Positions 43,936 through 53,402 of a stretch of 64,000 bases of DNA are shown here, one piece after another (the first letter of the stretch is position 1; every line of letters starts with the position of its first letter). A model generated the notes under the pieces. That model was not told the DNA's origin, ran no database searches, and was given only the letters and a program-made list of their open reading frames with translations. The DNA comes from an uncultured bacterium (GTDB lineage: Bacteria > Babelota > Babeliae > Babelales > Babelaceae), in contig CAWFXL010000001.1 in assembly GCA_963819815.1 (NCBI GenBank), positions 800,001-864,000 on the forward strand, read 5' to 3'. The translations under genes were made by a program, and so were the position numbers.

Positions 43936-44852
43936 AGATTTCCTTCACCGTTTACAAACGTTACCCATGAGCGACTCATCAAAGCCGACTCTTTTCTTTT
44001 TCCTCTAATTGCAATCTGATACTCATTGTGTAGAGCCTGTGTCATACCACCAGGTGCACTAAAATGTTTACTCTCAATACTTTTAATGGGAGTAATTTCA
44101 CTTGCCGTTCCGCACAAAAATGCTTCCGTCGCCTTCTCAATAATCTCGAGGGGCAACGTTTCCACGCGAGTCTCGATACCCAACTCTTTTGCAATACTCA
44201 GTAGTGTTGAGCGCGTTATACCCGGCAAAATCGAAGTCGTTGACGGCGTGATAAGTACTCCATCGACCACAAAAAAAATGTTGGCTACAGAACCTTCTGC
44301 GATAGTGCCCTCATGATCCAAGAGCAATGCCTCATCAAAGCCCCTGCTACGCGCATCATGAAATGCAAGAATCGAGTTAACGTAGAAGCCGTTTATTTTA
44401 TGGTGTATCGGCATCGATTCTGGATGAATACGCTTGACCGATGATATGCCCATCCTAATAGCTTCTTTGCCTAAATATTTTTCCATATCCATCACAAGTA
44501 TGGCGCAGTGAACCGACAATTCCCCAGGACTGAGTAATAACGACTCTCCCCCAAAAAATATAATCGGCCTGATATAACAATCTTCAAAGGTATTGGCTTT
44601 GATAGTAGCTATAATCGCCTGCTCAATTGTCTCTTTGCTCCAAGGAAATGGTACTCCAAAGCAGGAAAATGAATGTAATAATCTCTCTACATGATCAGAG
44701 AGTCTAAAAACAGCCGGGCCATTATCCGTTGCATAGCATCGGATCCCTTCAAAAGCTCCTGAGCCATAATGGAGAGTATGGGTGGTAAGAGGAATGGAAG
44801 CCTCTTTTTGGGGAACCAATGCCCCATCTAACCATATAACTGTGTTCTTCAT
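43932..44852 (-). CDS. ilvE: Class IV PLP aminotransferase (branched-chain type)
   Basis: LHYGSGAFEG.R, YIRP, EGS..NIF, LPGITR, GTASE. Confidence 0.9.
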   Translation of the reverse strand: MKNTVIWLDGALVPQKEASIPLTTHTLHYGSGAFEGIRCYATDNGPAVFRLSDHVERLLHSFSCFGVPFPWSKETIEQAIIATIKANTFEDCYIRPIIFFGGESLLLSPGELSVHCAILVMDMEKYLGKEAIRMGISSVKRIHPESMPIHHKINGFYVNSILAFHDARSRGFDEALLLDHEGTIAEGSVANIFFVVDGVLITPSTTSILPGITRSTLLSIAKELGIETRVETLPLEIIEKATEAFLCGTASEITPIKSIESKHFSAPGGMTQALHNEYQIAIRGKRKESALMSRSWVTFVNGEGNL

Positions 44853-44896
44853 GATAGAATCCTTCGAATCCTAGGTTACTTTTTAAAAATTTGGCA

Positions 44897-44928
44897 ACAA
44901 AAAAACCCCGGTTAAAAACCTAGGGTTG
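44897..44928 (-). terminator. Attenuator terminator upstream of ilvE
   Basis: AACCCTAGGTT-TTT-AACCGGGGTT followed by a U tract, about 45 nt before the ATG. Confidence 0.8.
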
Positions 44929-44962
44929 CACGTAGAGCCTGATATTCTTATTCGTTCATCAT

Positions 44963-45100
44963 TTAGCCATACGCACCCCTCGACATATAATAATATGAAT
45001 ATGAATAAGAAAGGGCACAGTTAGGGCTTTTGGCGCTGGTAAGGCCAGAGAGAATAGTATTCGTGACTGAGGCGTTCAAACATCTTAACGTAATCTTCAT
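44963..45100 (-). CDS. Putative leaderless leader peptide, Tyr-rich (45 aa)
   Basis: MKITLRCLNASVTNTILSGLTSAKSPNCALSYSYSYYYMSRGAYG*; ATG 7 nt after the -10 box. Confidence 0.7.
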   Translation of the reverse strand: MKITLRCLNASVTNTILSGLTSAKSPNCALSYSYSYYYMSRGAYG

Positions 45101-45107
45101 ACTGATA

Positions 45108-45136
45108 ATCCTAGCATGAAATTTTACAAATAGCAA
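45108..45136 (-). promoter_or_regulatory. Promoter of the leader/ilvE/ABC operon
   Basis: TTGCTA-N17-TAGGAT with extended TG. Confidence 0.65.
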
Positions 45137-45292
45137 GCTTACGTGTAAATCTAATTTTTTTTATGGATTTTCTGAAGGAAGACTTCTCCCTTTGGGTCTA
45201 TTGATTAAAAGGGGCACTGGATGCTTCTCATGAAAATTATTAAGACTACGATTGCGTTTTACGCAAAAGCAAAGTATAGTAATAAAATGCCA

Positions 45293-45384
45293 GGAGAGAT
45301 GGCTGAGTGGTTGAAGGCGGCGGTCTTGAAAACCGTTATCTCGAGCGATCGGGATCGAGGGTTCGAATCCCTCTCTCTCCTCCA
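45293..45384 (+). tRNA. tRNA-Ser(UGA)
   Basis: GGAGAGA...CT TGA AA, long variable arm, CCA end. Confidence 0.95.
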
Positions 45385-45553
45385 AAGAATTCCCAGCTTA
45401 CTCTAGCACAGAGTAAGTTTTCAATGTCCATTAAGGGCCAATATCATATAGCACATGAGTCTTCTTACCAACACTATTGACTTTCCATGGCCTCTTTCTT
45501 CATAGTTATAGAAAGAATGTCTAGATCAATTTTTTTGCTTAGGGAGAACTCTG

Positions 45554-45928
45554 ATGAAATTTTTCAACGAAAATACTACGCAACTCGCTCGACAAAACAC
45601 AAATTATCGCAAAGTACTTTTCACTGATGATAAAACTCAGTTCGTCCTTATGTCGATCCCAACAGGTGAAGAAATCCCTAAGGAAATTCATAAAGCTGAT
45701 CAGATTATCCTTATCGTAGAAGGCTCGGGGCAAGCTATCTTAAATGGCATTACCACTCAATTCTCTGCAGGGCATACGCTTATTATTCCTTTGGGAACAA
45801 CCCATACGATCATGAATACTGGATCTTCTGATCTTAAGTTAGTTACCATTTACGCCCCACCACAGCATGCACCGGGTACTATCGATAAAACCAAAGCTGA
45901 TGAAGAAAGAAGAGAAAAGGCTGGGTAG
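45554..45928 (+). CDS. Cupin-domain protein
   Basis: EIH..DQ...VEG, IP.GT.H...NTG, IYAPPQH. Confidence 0.88.
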   Translation: MKFFNENTTQLARQNTNYRKVLFTDDKTQFVLMSIPTGEEIPKEIHKADQIILIVEGSGQAILNGITTQFSAGHTLIIPLGTTHTIMNTGSSDLKLVTIYAPPQHAPGTIDKTKADEERREKAG

Positions 45929-46008
45929 AAGGTTGAAAGAGGCCGGTTTGTTAGACCAGCCCCTTTTTGGATCATGCAGAATATACATTATCTTTTCATC
46001 ACTTTGGA

Positions 46009-46842
46009 TTAATAGGTATCTGCATCGAGCGCAAGATTAATGAAATTAAGATTGTACTGTACCACGGTATCAACACGCTTGTCCCCAGAAGATTGATATT
46101 TTTCTAAAGCGTTCTTAGAACCGCGAAGATAGGCTTTATACAGCTTAAATGCATTTTCATGGGCAAGGCTATCTTTTTCAGTAATTTTCAGAACATCTAC
46201 CAAATATTGAATACCGGTATAAAGCTCAACACTCAGGTGAAATTCGATATCCGTTACATCGGTAAATGGAATCCGCTGAATCCTCGTTATGTTACCCTTT
46301 TCATCGTAAGAGGTCTGGACCCCTGAGAAAAGTTCATCTGCAGGTAGTGCAAGCATCCTCGTAAAGACCTCTTCACCACCCATAAACATCCGTGTACACA
46401 TTTCATTAAGCTCCGCCGGTGAATAATTCGCAATATCTTTTTCAAGTTTCACTCTTTGGGCTACTGAATGTTCAAATCCTTTAAGTATTACCTCTAATTC
46501 GCGACATTCAATTACGTCTTCGACGTTATAGCTCACGATACCTATTCCTTTATAGGAAAAAGAATATTTTGTGCTCAAATCAGAAAGTTCTAGAAGCGGT
46601 ACGAGTGACTTGTTTTGAGCATCTACAAAACAAAATGTATATTCGGGATGTTTTTCAGCAACTTCGACAAATGCCTGATTCTTCCCAAGAGGCTCTCTTG
46701 AAAAGAGCGTAACTAATAGGTGATTATGGTAAAGCTTCGTGTACTCTTCAACACTCGTAGGAATAACAACCTTGGCAAACATTCCCGACGAGAAAGATAG
46801 CAACGTGGTCAAGACAAGATTTTTTAGAAGTTTCGATTTCAT
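46009..46842 (-). CDS. Secreted hypothetical protein, tandem paralog 1
   Basis: Signal peptide; AEKHPEYTFCFVDA thioredoxin-like segment without CxxC. Confidence 0.8.
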   Translation of the reverse strand: MKSKLLKNLVLTTLLSFSSGMFAKVVIPTSVEEYTKLYHNHLLVTLFSREPLGKNQAFVEVAEKHPEYTFCFVDAQNKSLVPLLELSDLSTKYSFSYKGIGIVSYNVEDVIECRELEVILKGFEHSVAQRVKLEKDIANYSPAELNEMCTRMFMGGEEVFTRMLALPADELFSGVQTSYDEKGNITRIQRIPFTDVTDIEFHLSVELYTGIQYLVDVLKITEKDSLAHENAFKLYKAYLRGSKNALEKYQSSGDKRVDTVVQYNLNFINLALDADTY

Positions 46843-47044
46843 GGAATAACCCTCAATATGTGTTAGTTTGTTTATAAGGTAGGTTAAAGGAATGGCAGTG
46901 CTTTTTGCGTTGAAAGCGCGAGTACCTCCTGCATGTATGATTTTTATAGCTGTAATCGTACCCAGCCTAAACTCTATTCATTATGTTTTCAACAGCCTCC
47001 AGGCTCAGCCTTCTTGAAAGCCCCGATTACAAAGCTGTTTTGGA

Positions 47045-47866
47045 TTAATAGCTGTCCGCATCGAGCGCAAGATTAATAAAGTTGACACTATATTCAACAA
47101 AACTATCAACTCGTTTGTCACCTGATGATGTATAGGTATCTAATGCACTTTTTGCACCTCGAAGATACGCTTTATACAGGTATAATCCATTTTTATATGC
47201 GGCAGTATCCTTTTCAGTTGTCTTAAGTAGGTCTACCAAATAAGCAATATCAATAGAGCTTTCAAGATAGAGATGAAGTTGAATATTCAGATCTTCACTA
47301 TATGGAATCTCATAAACCGTGTTCACCTCATTACCCTTTTCATCCCACTCAGTTTGTACTCTCGAAAAAAGAGATGACCCTGGAAGCGCAAGCAACTTAT
47401 TAAAAGTCTCTGCACCCTTCTTAAACATTTCTTGACGTTGCGCTTTTCGCGCTCTAGGAGAAAGCTTCGCCATATCCTTTTCAAAGTGAATTCGCTTAGT
47501 TACTGCATCTTTAAAAACTTCTATAGCTTGTTCTAAGCCAGCACGATCTTCGATATAACTACCTCCCATAATATCTATGCCTTTATACGAAAAATGATAA
47601 TCAAAAGTGCCGTGCAGTGTATCTTCTAAAGACAAGCTATGAGCATCTATAAAACAAAACGTATATTCAGGATGTTTTTCAGCAGCTTCAACAAACGGCT
47701 TATACTTCTCAAGAGGTTCTGTTGACAACAAGGCAATCAATACGTGCTTTTGGTAAAGGTTCATCAACTCTTCCGTATTTGCAGGAGTAACAACCTTTGC
47801 AAAAATTCCTGAAGAGAACGATACCAAAGCGGCTAAGACAAGATTTTTTAGAAGTTTCGATTCCAT
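47045..47866 (-). CDS. Secreted hypothetical protein, tandem paralog 2
   Basis: Start moved to MESKLL by homology with paralog 1. Confidence 0.8.
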   Translation of the reverse strand: MESKLLKNLVLAALVSFSSGIFAKVVTPANTEELMNLYQKHVLIALLSTEPLEKYKPFVEAAEKHPEYTFCFIDAHSLSLEDTLHGTFDYHFSYKGIDIMGGSYIEDRAGLEQAIEVFKDAVTKRIHFEKDMAKLSPRARKAQRQEMFKKGAETFNKLLALPGSSLFSRVQTEWDEKGNEVNTVYEIPYSEDLNIQLHLYLESSIDIAYLVDLLKTTEKDTAAYKNGLYLYKAYLRGAKSALDTYTSSGDKRVDSFVEYSVNFINLALDADSY

Positions 47867-48104
47867 GGAATAACCCTCAATATATGTTAATTTGTTTAGA
47901 TGGTAGGTTAAAAGATCGATAGTGCTCCTTTGTGAAGCTATGAACACCTCCGGCATGTGAGATTTTTTAGATGATCATATCTATGGTAAACACAATTCAT
48001 TACGTTTTCAACAGCCCCGAAGAATAGAGCTTATGCGCATATAAGCCACTCTTTTTCATTGATACGTAGCCAGAGAGGTTCATATGTCCCGCCGAAATCG
48101 GTTA

Positions 48105-48287
48105 CTCAGAAAAATCATGGCATGTTTAGGCAAAAAAATGTAGATTTTTCGGGCATGATTTGAGAAAAATCTCGCATTTCAAAAAGTCCTCCAGCTGGCA
48201 TTATGTATATTTATGGGGGCAACTTTACCTAAGAAATGTATAAAAATCAGGGCAAAAAATGGGCTTTGATGTATAAAAATAGGATCA
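48105..48287. repeat. 33-bp-period array A of an 18-bp motif TGTAKAWWWWT..GGCA
   Basis: Units at 48105, 48139, (48171 degenerate), 48204, 48237, 48270. Confidence 0.8.
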
Positions 48288-48423
48288 TGTAATTTTAAAA
48301 ACACTAATACTATCTTCCTCATCAATGTTCTGCAAAACTTTAGACTCGTGAACAACATGGTGTGAGTCCTTTACACAGATAATGACAAATCTTAAGAAAA
48401 AAGATCAGTACGAAACTATAGCA

Positions 48424-49767
48424 TTAGCCAATGAGATGAAGAAGCGCCTCTTTGACAATGCTTTTTGAATTCAATATTGGAATAGAAACCCCGTAAAGAG
48501 GGTATGAATGGAGGTTTTCCTCAATATGCCTATTATTACTCCAAATTCTTATGCCATAGGGAGTGTTCTTATGATATTGTAAAAAGGCATGCATGCTTCT
48601 TAAGTGTAGGCTTTTACCAGACTTAACTTCAATTGGTATAATCTTTCCTTCAATCTGAACAAGATAATCTATCTCTGCTTGAGCCGAGTGTTCTGCTCGC
48701 ACCCAGTAATAGAGGTTTTCTTTTTTAATGGGATCTGAGTACGCAAGGAGCTCTTGCCCAACGAAGGCTTCAACCAATTCCCCTTTATTGTGGAACGCTG
48801 ATAACGGGTCTATAAGCCATGAGCTGATGTCATAATCAAGCAGAGCTTGACAGAGACCAATATCAAGAAAAATTACTTTGAATGCATCTAATTTTGCATC
48901 GGCTCCTAGCGGTATCCCTTGACCCGAGGTCTGATATACTTTGTACATAAGGCCTGCTCTCACGAGAAGATCTAAGGCGGGTTCCAACTCTCTTTTTTGG
49001 TATTCTCCAAGCCGCGAATACATGAATTTTTTTGATAATTGCTTAAGCCCACTTTCAAAGACAGTATTCAAATATTTTATTTGGTGTCTCCGACCATACT
49101 TATCAAAATCCTCGATATAGGTAGCAGTAATATCTTCTTGTGCTATTCGTACAGAACGTGACGACTGCTCTTCAACCCAGGCAGCAACAGCCTCAGGTAA
49201 ACCCCCAACTGCAAGATATATACCAACAAGATCAATTATTTTATGGTGAAGCTCCTCAAAAAGCTGAGAATTTTTTGTGATAATCAACTGAACCCACTCT
49301 TCATATCCTAAAGCTGCTAGGAATTCTAAAAAGGAAAGTGGATACATATATAGCATGGTTATTCGGCCAACAGGCAGTCCAACCTTTGCAATTGCAAATT
49401 CAAGAAGTGATCCCGCACCGATAACATGAAGTCCCGGGAACTTTTCATAGAAATAGCGCAGGGCAAGTATTGCCTGTGGAGAGGCCTGCATTTCGTCGAT
49501 AAACAGGAGCGTTTCACCCGCTATGATGGGAGTTCGCGTATGGGCAACCAGCTGCATTTTAATACGATTGACATCTAAATCTTTTTCGAAAATTGCTCGC
49601 GCAACAGAATCTTCTTCTAGATTGACCTCTACAAAATGGGTAAACGTCTTACCCAGAGTACGTGCAGCATAGGTTTTTCCTACCTGCCGAGCTCCACGCA
49701 AAAGAAGAGGCTTGTTTGTTTTACGATTTTTCCATTCGAGTAAGTAATAATCTACAATACGCTTCAT
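48424..49767 (-). CDS. AAA_14 ATPase with DUF4143 and C-terminal PD-(D/E)xK-like domain
   Basis: GARQVGKT, FIDEMQ, AGSLL, GGLPE, D.GL, EIDY...PIEVKS. Confidence 0.9.
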   Translation of the reverse strand: MKRIVDYYLLEWKNRKTNKPLLLRGARQVGKTYAARTLGKTFTHFVEVNLEEDSVARAIFEKDLDVNRIKMQLVAHTRTPIIAGETLLFIDEMQASPQAILALRYFYEKFPGLHVIGAGSLLEFAIAKVGLPVGRITMLYMYPLSFLEFLAALGYEEWVQLIITKNSQLFEELHHKIIDLVGIYLAVGGLPEAVAAWVEEQSSRSVRIAQEDITATYIEDFDKYGRRHQIKYLNTVFESGLKQLSKKFMYSRLGEYQKRELEPALDLLVRAGLMYKVYQTSGQGIPLGADAKLDAFKVIFLDIGLCQALLDYDISSWLIDPLSAFHNKGELVEAFVGQELLAYSDPIKKENLYYWVRAEHSAQAEIDYLVQIEGKIIPIEVKSGKSLHLRSMHAFLQYHKNTPYGIRIWSNNRHIEENLHSYPLYGVSIPILNSKSIVKEALLHLIG

Positions 49768-49847
49768 TTATTTTTTCAACGGTGGTGGGGTATTATTTTG
49801 AAAGCCATATTACTCATGATACGTCTAAGAGAATGATACCTCAATTA

Positions 49848-50063
49848 TGTAGAAAAATCAAGGCAACTTCGGTAGCAAAATGTAGATTTTTCTGGGCATG
49901 ACTTGAGAAAATTCTTGCATATCAAAAAGCAGTCCATCAGGCATTATGCATATTTATAGGGGCAACCTTGCCTAAGAATTGTACAAAAACAAGGGCAACT
50001 TTGGCTGGAAAATGTATAAAAATCGGTCCATAAAACGTGCTTTTATGTATAAAAATAGGACCA
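49848..50063. repeat. 33-bp-period array B of the same 18-bp motif
   Basis: Units at 49848, 49881, (49914 degenerate), 49947, 49980, 50013, 50046. Confidence 0.85.
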
Positions 50064-50310
50064 TGTAGATTTATAATCAGCAAAATCGCCTATTCATGGC
50101 CACTCCCCTCTAAAAAAGTTTAAAAAAAGCTTTCAAGATGGGCCATTTGAGCGATCGCCAACACCAATAAATCCTCAATACTCCCTTCCAATCGTATAAA
50201 CTCAGCATTGTTACATGAAAAAAACTAGAGAAACTTATGCCGCAAATACTTGCCAAAATATCTAATAATAACTCTTGAAGATAAGATTTTTTCTAATTTT
50301 CGAGAGACAA

Positions 50311-50556
50311 ATGAAGAATAAAGAGAGCCTACTTCAGGCCCTATTACGTTCACCCAAAACGGTTTTTTCAATGAACGAGGTGGTATTGCTCTGTCATATA
50401 GATACGGCAAAACTTATGTCTAATTTAAGATATTATGTTAAAAAAGGATATTTGTATCATATCAAACGTGGGCTGTATGCTAAAGATAAGAACTATGACA
50501 GGGGTGTTAGTACAGTCCATAAAGTCACATACGTGACCTTGAAGGTACTTGTTTAA
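50311..50556 (+). pseudogene. Truncated AbiEi-like antitoxin (N-terminal wHTH only)
   Basis: TVFS..EV...LRYYVKKGYLYHIKRGLYA then abrupt end; no toxin follows. Confidence 0.65.
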
Positions 50557-50693
50557 AAAAAGAATGCCTGGTCAATCTATGTGGGCAATACTATTTCACA
50601 GCCTAAAGAACTCTCCTCTGCTCACCTGAGTATCGCCATGAGACCTCGTCCGTGCTAGGCTTAGCATAAGCACCCGATCGAGCAAGGTAATCA

Positions 50694-51383
50694 ATGACCA
50701 ATGAACTTATTTTCTTAGGATCTATTTTCGCAGTAAGCACCGCAGCTCTCACCGCATTACGGCTCGGAAGGGACTATCTTATAGGCCTCATAAGTACCCT
50801 AGCAGTCGTTGTTAATCTCTTTGTCATTAAGCAGATTACGCTCTTTGGATTTACCGCTACTGCCTCCGACGCGCTAGCAGTAGGTATCACTCTGAGCTTA
50901 AATCTCATGCAAGAGTATTATGGTAAACCCTCTGCACTACAAGCTATCTGGGTGGGATTCTTTTGCGCACTTTTTTATTGCCTCATGAGCCTGCTCCATC
51001 TTGCCTATATACCCGCTTTACTAGATGTAAGCTCTGTGCATTATGAAGCACTTCTTTCGATGATGCCACGAACCATTATCGCTTCTTTGACGGTATATCT
51101 TATAGTGCAGTATATCGATGCACAGCTGTATGGCTTTATGAAAAGAAGATTTGAGGGTCGCTTTTTCATACTGCGCAACTACAGTACCCTTGCATGCACC
51201 CAACTACTTGATACCGTACTCTTTAGCTTCCTTGGGCTCTATAAACTAAACGCCGCCTATAGCTCCCTGAGCGTCCTTGGTGAAATTATTCTGGTCAGTA
51301 CCCTGATTAAACTTACCGTCATCCTGATCGCAGTTCCCTATGTACGACTTGCTAAAACCTTTTACCCGGTACCTACCTCATGA
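50694..51383 (+). CDS. yhhQ: Queuosine precursor transporter (YhhQ/VUT family)
   Basis: NLFVIKQI, QEYYG, PR..IAS, Q..D, RN..T...QLLDT; ATGA overlap with tgt. Confidence 0.88.
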   Translation: MTNELIFLGSIFAVSTAALTALRLGRDYLIGLISTLAVVVNLFVIKQITLFGFTATASDALAVGITLSLNLMQEYYGKPSALQAIWVGFFCALFYCLMSLLHLAYIPALLDVSSVHYEALLSMMPRTIIASLTVYLIVQYIDAQLYGFMKRRFEGRFFILRNYSTLACTQLLDTVLFSFLGLYKLNAAYSSLSVLGEIILVSTLIKLTVILIAVPYVRLAKTFYPVPTS

Positions 51384-52513
51384 GTTACTTTAGCTTTGAA
51401 GTTCTTCATGCCTCAAAAAAATCTCAAGCTCGTGTAGGGAGAATCCATACTCCTCATGGGATCATCGATACACCAAACTTTGTAGCCGTGGGTACCAATG
51501 GAACTCTCAAAGCTCTTGATAATGTGCAGGTTAACAAGCTTGGACTCCAGCTCATGTTTTGCAATACCTATCACCTGCTTGTTCATCCAGGAACCGATGT
51601 CATCAAATCAGCCGGAGGCCTCCATACCTATATCAATAGGCCCTATCCTATTATTACCGACTCAGGGGGGTTTCAAGTCTTTAGCTTAGCCTATGGTACC
51701 GTCAAAGAAGAATTAAAAAGCAAAGGCTTGAATCGCCATGCTGAAGCCGTTATTAAGATATCAGAAGAAGGAGTTCTCTTTAGATCCTATCGTGATGGGA
51801 GCCCCATTTTGCTTACTCCTGAATCATCAATTAAAGCCCAAAAAGCTCTCGGTGCCGATATTATTATTCCCTTTGACGAACTACCACCCTATCACATTGA
51901 TCCTAAAAAGCTGAAACAGTCTCTTGATCGGACACATCGTTGGGAAGAGCGCTCTCTTATGGAGCACCGCAAAGATCCACAGCAACAAGCTATCTATGCT
52001 GTCGTGCATGGCGGAGTCGATAAAGTATTGCGCACCTTAAGCTGCCAAGTACTTTCAGATCTCCCCTTCGATGGCTATGCTATCGGAGGCAGTGTCGGCA
52101 AAAATAGACAGGAAATGGTAGAGATGCTTACCCATACCGTTCCTCAGTTACCTAAAAATCTACCGAATCATCTCTTAGGGATCGCCGACCTACCCTCAAT
52201 AGATGAGATTGTAAAACTTGGAATCGATACATTCGATAGCTCATATCCTACGAGGAGCGCACGCCATGGCTCAGTTTTTGTTAGCAACGGCCAGCAACTT
52301 AAGCTTCTGCAAACAAAGTATAAAGACTTTCATGAACCGATTGAAAGAACGTGCGAATGTTATACCTGTCTTAACTATACCATTTCCTACATTCATCATC
52401 TTTATAAAGCAAAAGAGCTTGCAGGACTTACTCTTGCAACGCTGCATAATGTACATTTTATGATACAGTTGATGAAGAACTATCAAGAAGCTATTTTAAA
52501 CGATGAGCTCTAA
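51380..52513 (+). CDS. tgt: tRNA-guanine transglycosylase
   Basis: NTYHL, TDSGGFQVFSL, HLLG, CECYTC, HN. Confidence 0.95.
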   Translation: MSYFSFEVLHASKKSQARVGRIHTPHGIIDTPNFVAVGTNGTLKALDNVQVNKLGLQLMFCNTYHLLVHPGTDVIKSAGGLHTYINRPYPIITDSGGFQVFSLAYGTVKEELKSKGLNRHAEAVIKISEEGVLFRSYRDGSPILLTPESSIKAQKALGADIIIPFDELPPYHIDPKKLKQSLDRTHRWEERSLMEHRKDPQQQAIYAVVHGGVDKVLRTLSCQVLSDLPFDGYAIGGSVGKNRQEMVEMLTHTVPQLPKNLPNHLLGIADLPSIDEIVKLGIDTFDSSYPTRSARHGSVFVSNGQQLKLLQTKYKDFHEPIERTCECYTCLNYTISYIHHLYKAKELAGLTLATLHNVHFMIQLMKNYQEAILNDEL

Positions 52514-53269
52514 ATGACCTATAAAAAGATTTCCTCAGCTACTAACCCCGTTATTAAGGCCATCGTAAAGCTCCATACCGCCTCAGAGCGTAAGAAAAGA
52601 GGCCTATTTATTATAGAAGGACAACGAGCCCTAAGCACGGCACTTACGAAGCTACCTCCTGAAGCTCTCTACTGCACTGAAAAAATGCTCCCCCAAGCAG
52701 AAAAGCTCATCCAAAATGGTGAGATCTTCCTCGTAACTGATAGCATCATGAAAAAGATCAGCACAACTAGTTCACCGAGCGGTCTCCTTGCTATCGTTCC
52801 TATTCCTCAAGAACCTTCTCCTGAGAAGCTTGGTCCTGGCTTAGTACTTGCTGACATTACCGATCCGGGTAATATGGGGACCCTCCTACGTACGGCAGTC
52901 GCCTGTAAGGTGTCATCAGTCATTATCATCGGAGGTTGTGATCCCTGGTCACCCAAGGTAGTACAGGCCACAGCAGGAACGAGTGTGCAACTCACTATCT
53001 TTGACTGGAGCTGGGAACAGCTCATCTCCCTAAAAAAATCACTCATTCTCTATGGGCTTGTCGTGCATGGTGGGCAGCCTCCACAGGAGATAGATCCTAC
53101 CAAAGCATTGCTCATTATCGGTAATGAAGCTCGGGGCATACCCCAACAATGGCTTGAGCAATGCAATGCTCAGATTACCCTCCCAATGCCAGGAGGTGCT
53201 GAAAGTCTTAATGCCGCGGTAGCGGGATCTATTGCAACCTATCTCACCTTTGTGCAACCCGCTGGGTAG
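52514..53269 (+). CDS. TrmH/SpoU-family RNA methyltransferase
   Basis: DPGNMGTLLRTA, GNEARG, ESLNAAVA. Confidence 0.92.
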   Translation: MTYKKISSATNPVIKAIVKLHTASERKKRGLFIIEGQRALSTALTKLPPEALYCTEKMLPQAEKLIQNGEIFLVTDSIMKKISTTSSPSGLLAIVPIPQEPSPEKLGPGLVLADITDPGNMGTLLRTAVACKVSSVIIIGGCDPWSPKVVQATAGTSVQLTIFDWSWEQLISLKKSLILYGLVVHGGQPPQEIDPTKALLIIGNEARGIPQQWLEQCNAQITLPMPGGAESLNAAVAGSIATYLTFVQPAG

Positions 53270-53402
53270 CTAGGCAAAAAAGAACAAAAAAACTCTCTAA
53301 AAAAGTCCTTAAACTCTTGCAATCATAGTTTGCACTAGAGTAATCTGACAGTAAACGGGAAGAAAGCCCGTAAAATCAGTTTTGATAAAGGGGAGAAAAC
53401 AT

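Noticed and set aside
44897..45100. T-box riboswitch upstream of ilvE
   Set aside because: No TGGNACC T-box bulge or stem I motifs; a leader-peptide attenuator fits better
48105..50063. 33-bp arrays as a CRISPR array
   Set aside because: Repeats are degenerate 18-mers, linkers are only 15 bp and shared between arrays, and there are no cas genes in the window
45293..50690. Integrative island inserted at tRNA-Ser(UGA)
   Set aside because: No integrase and no duplicated tRNA 3' end found at the distal boundary
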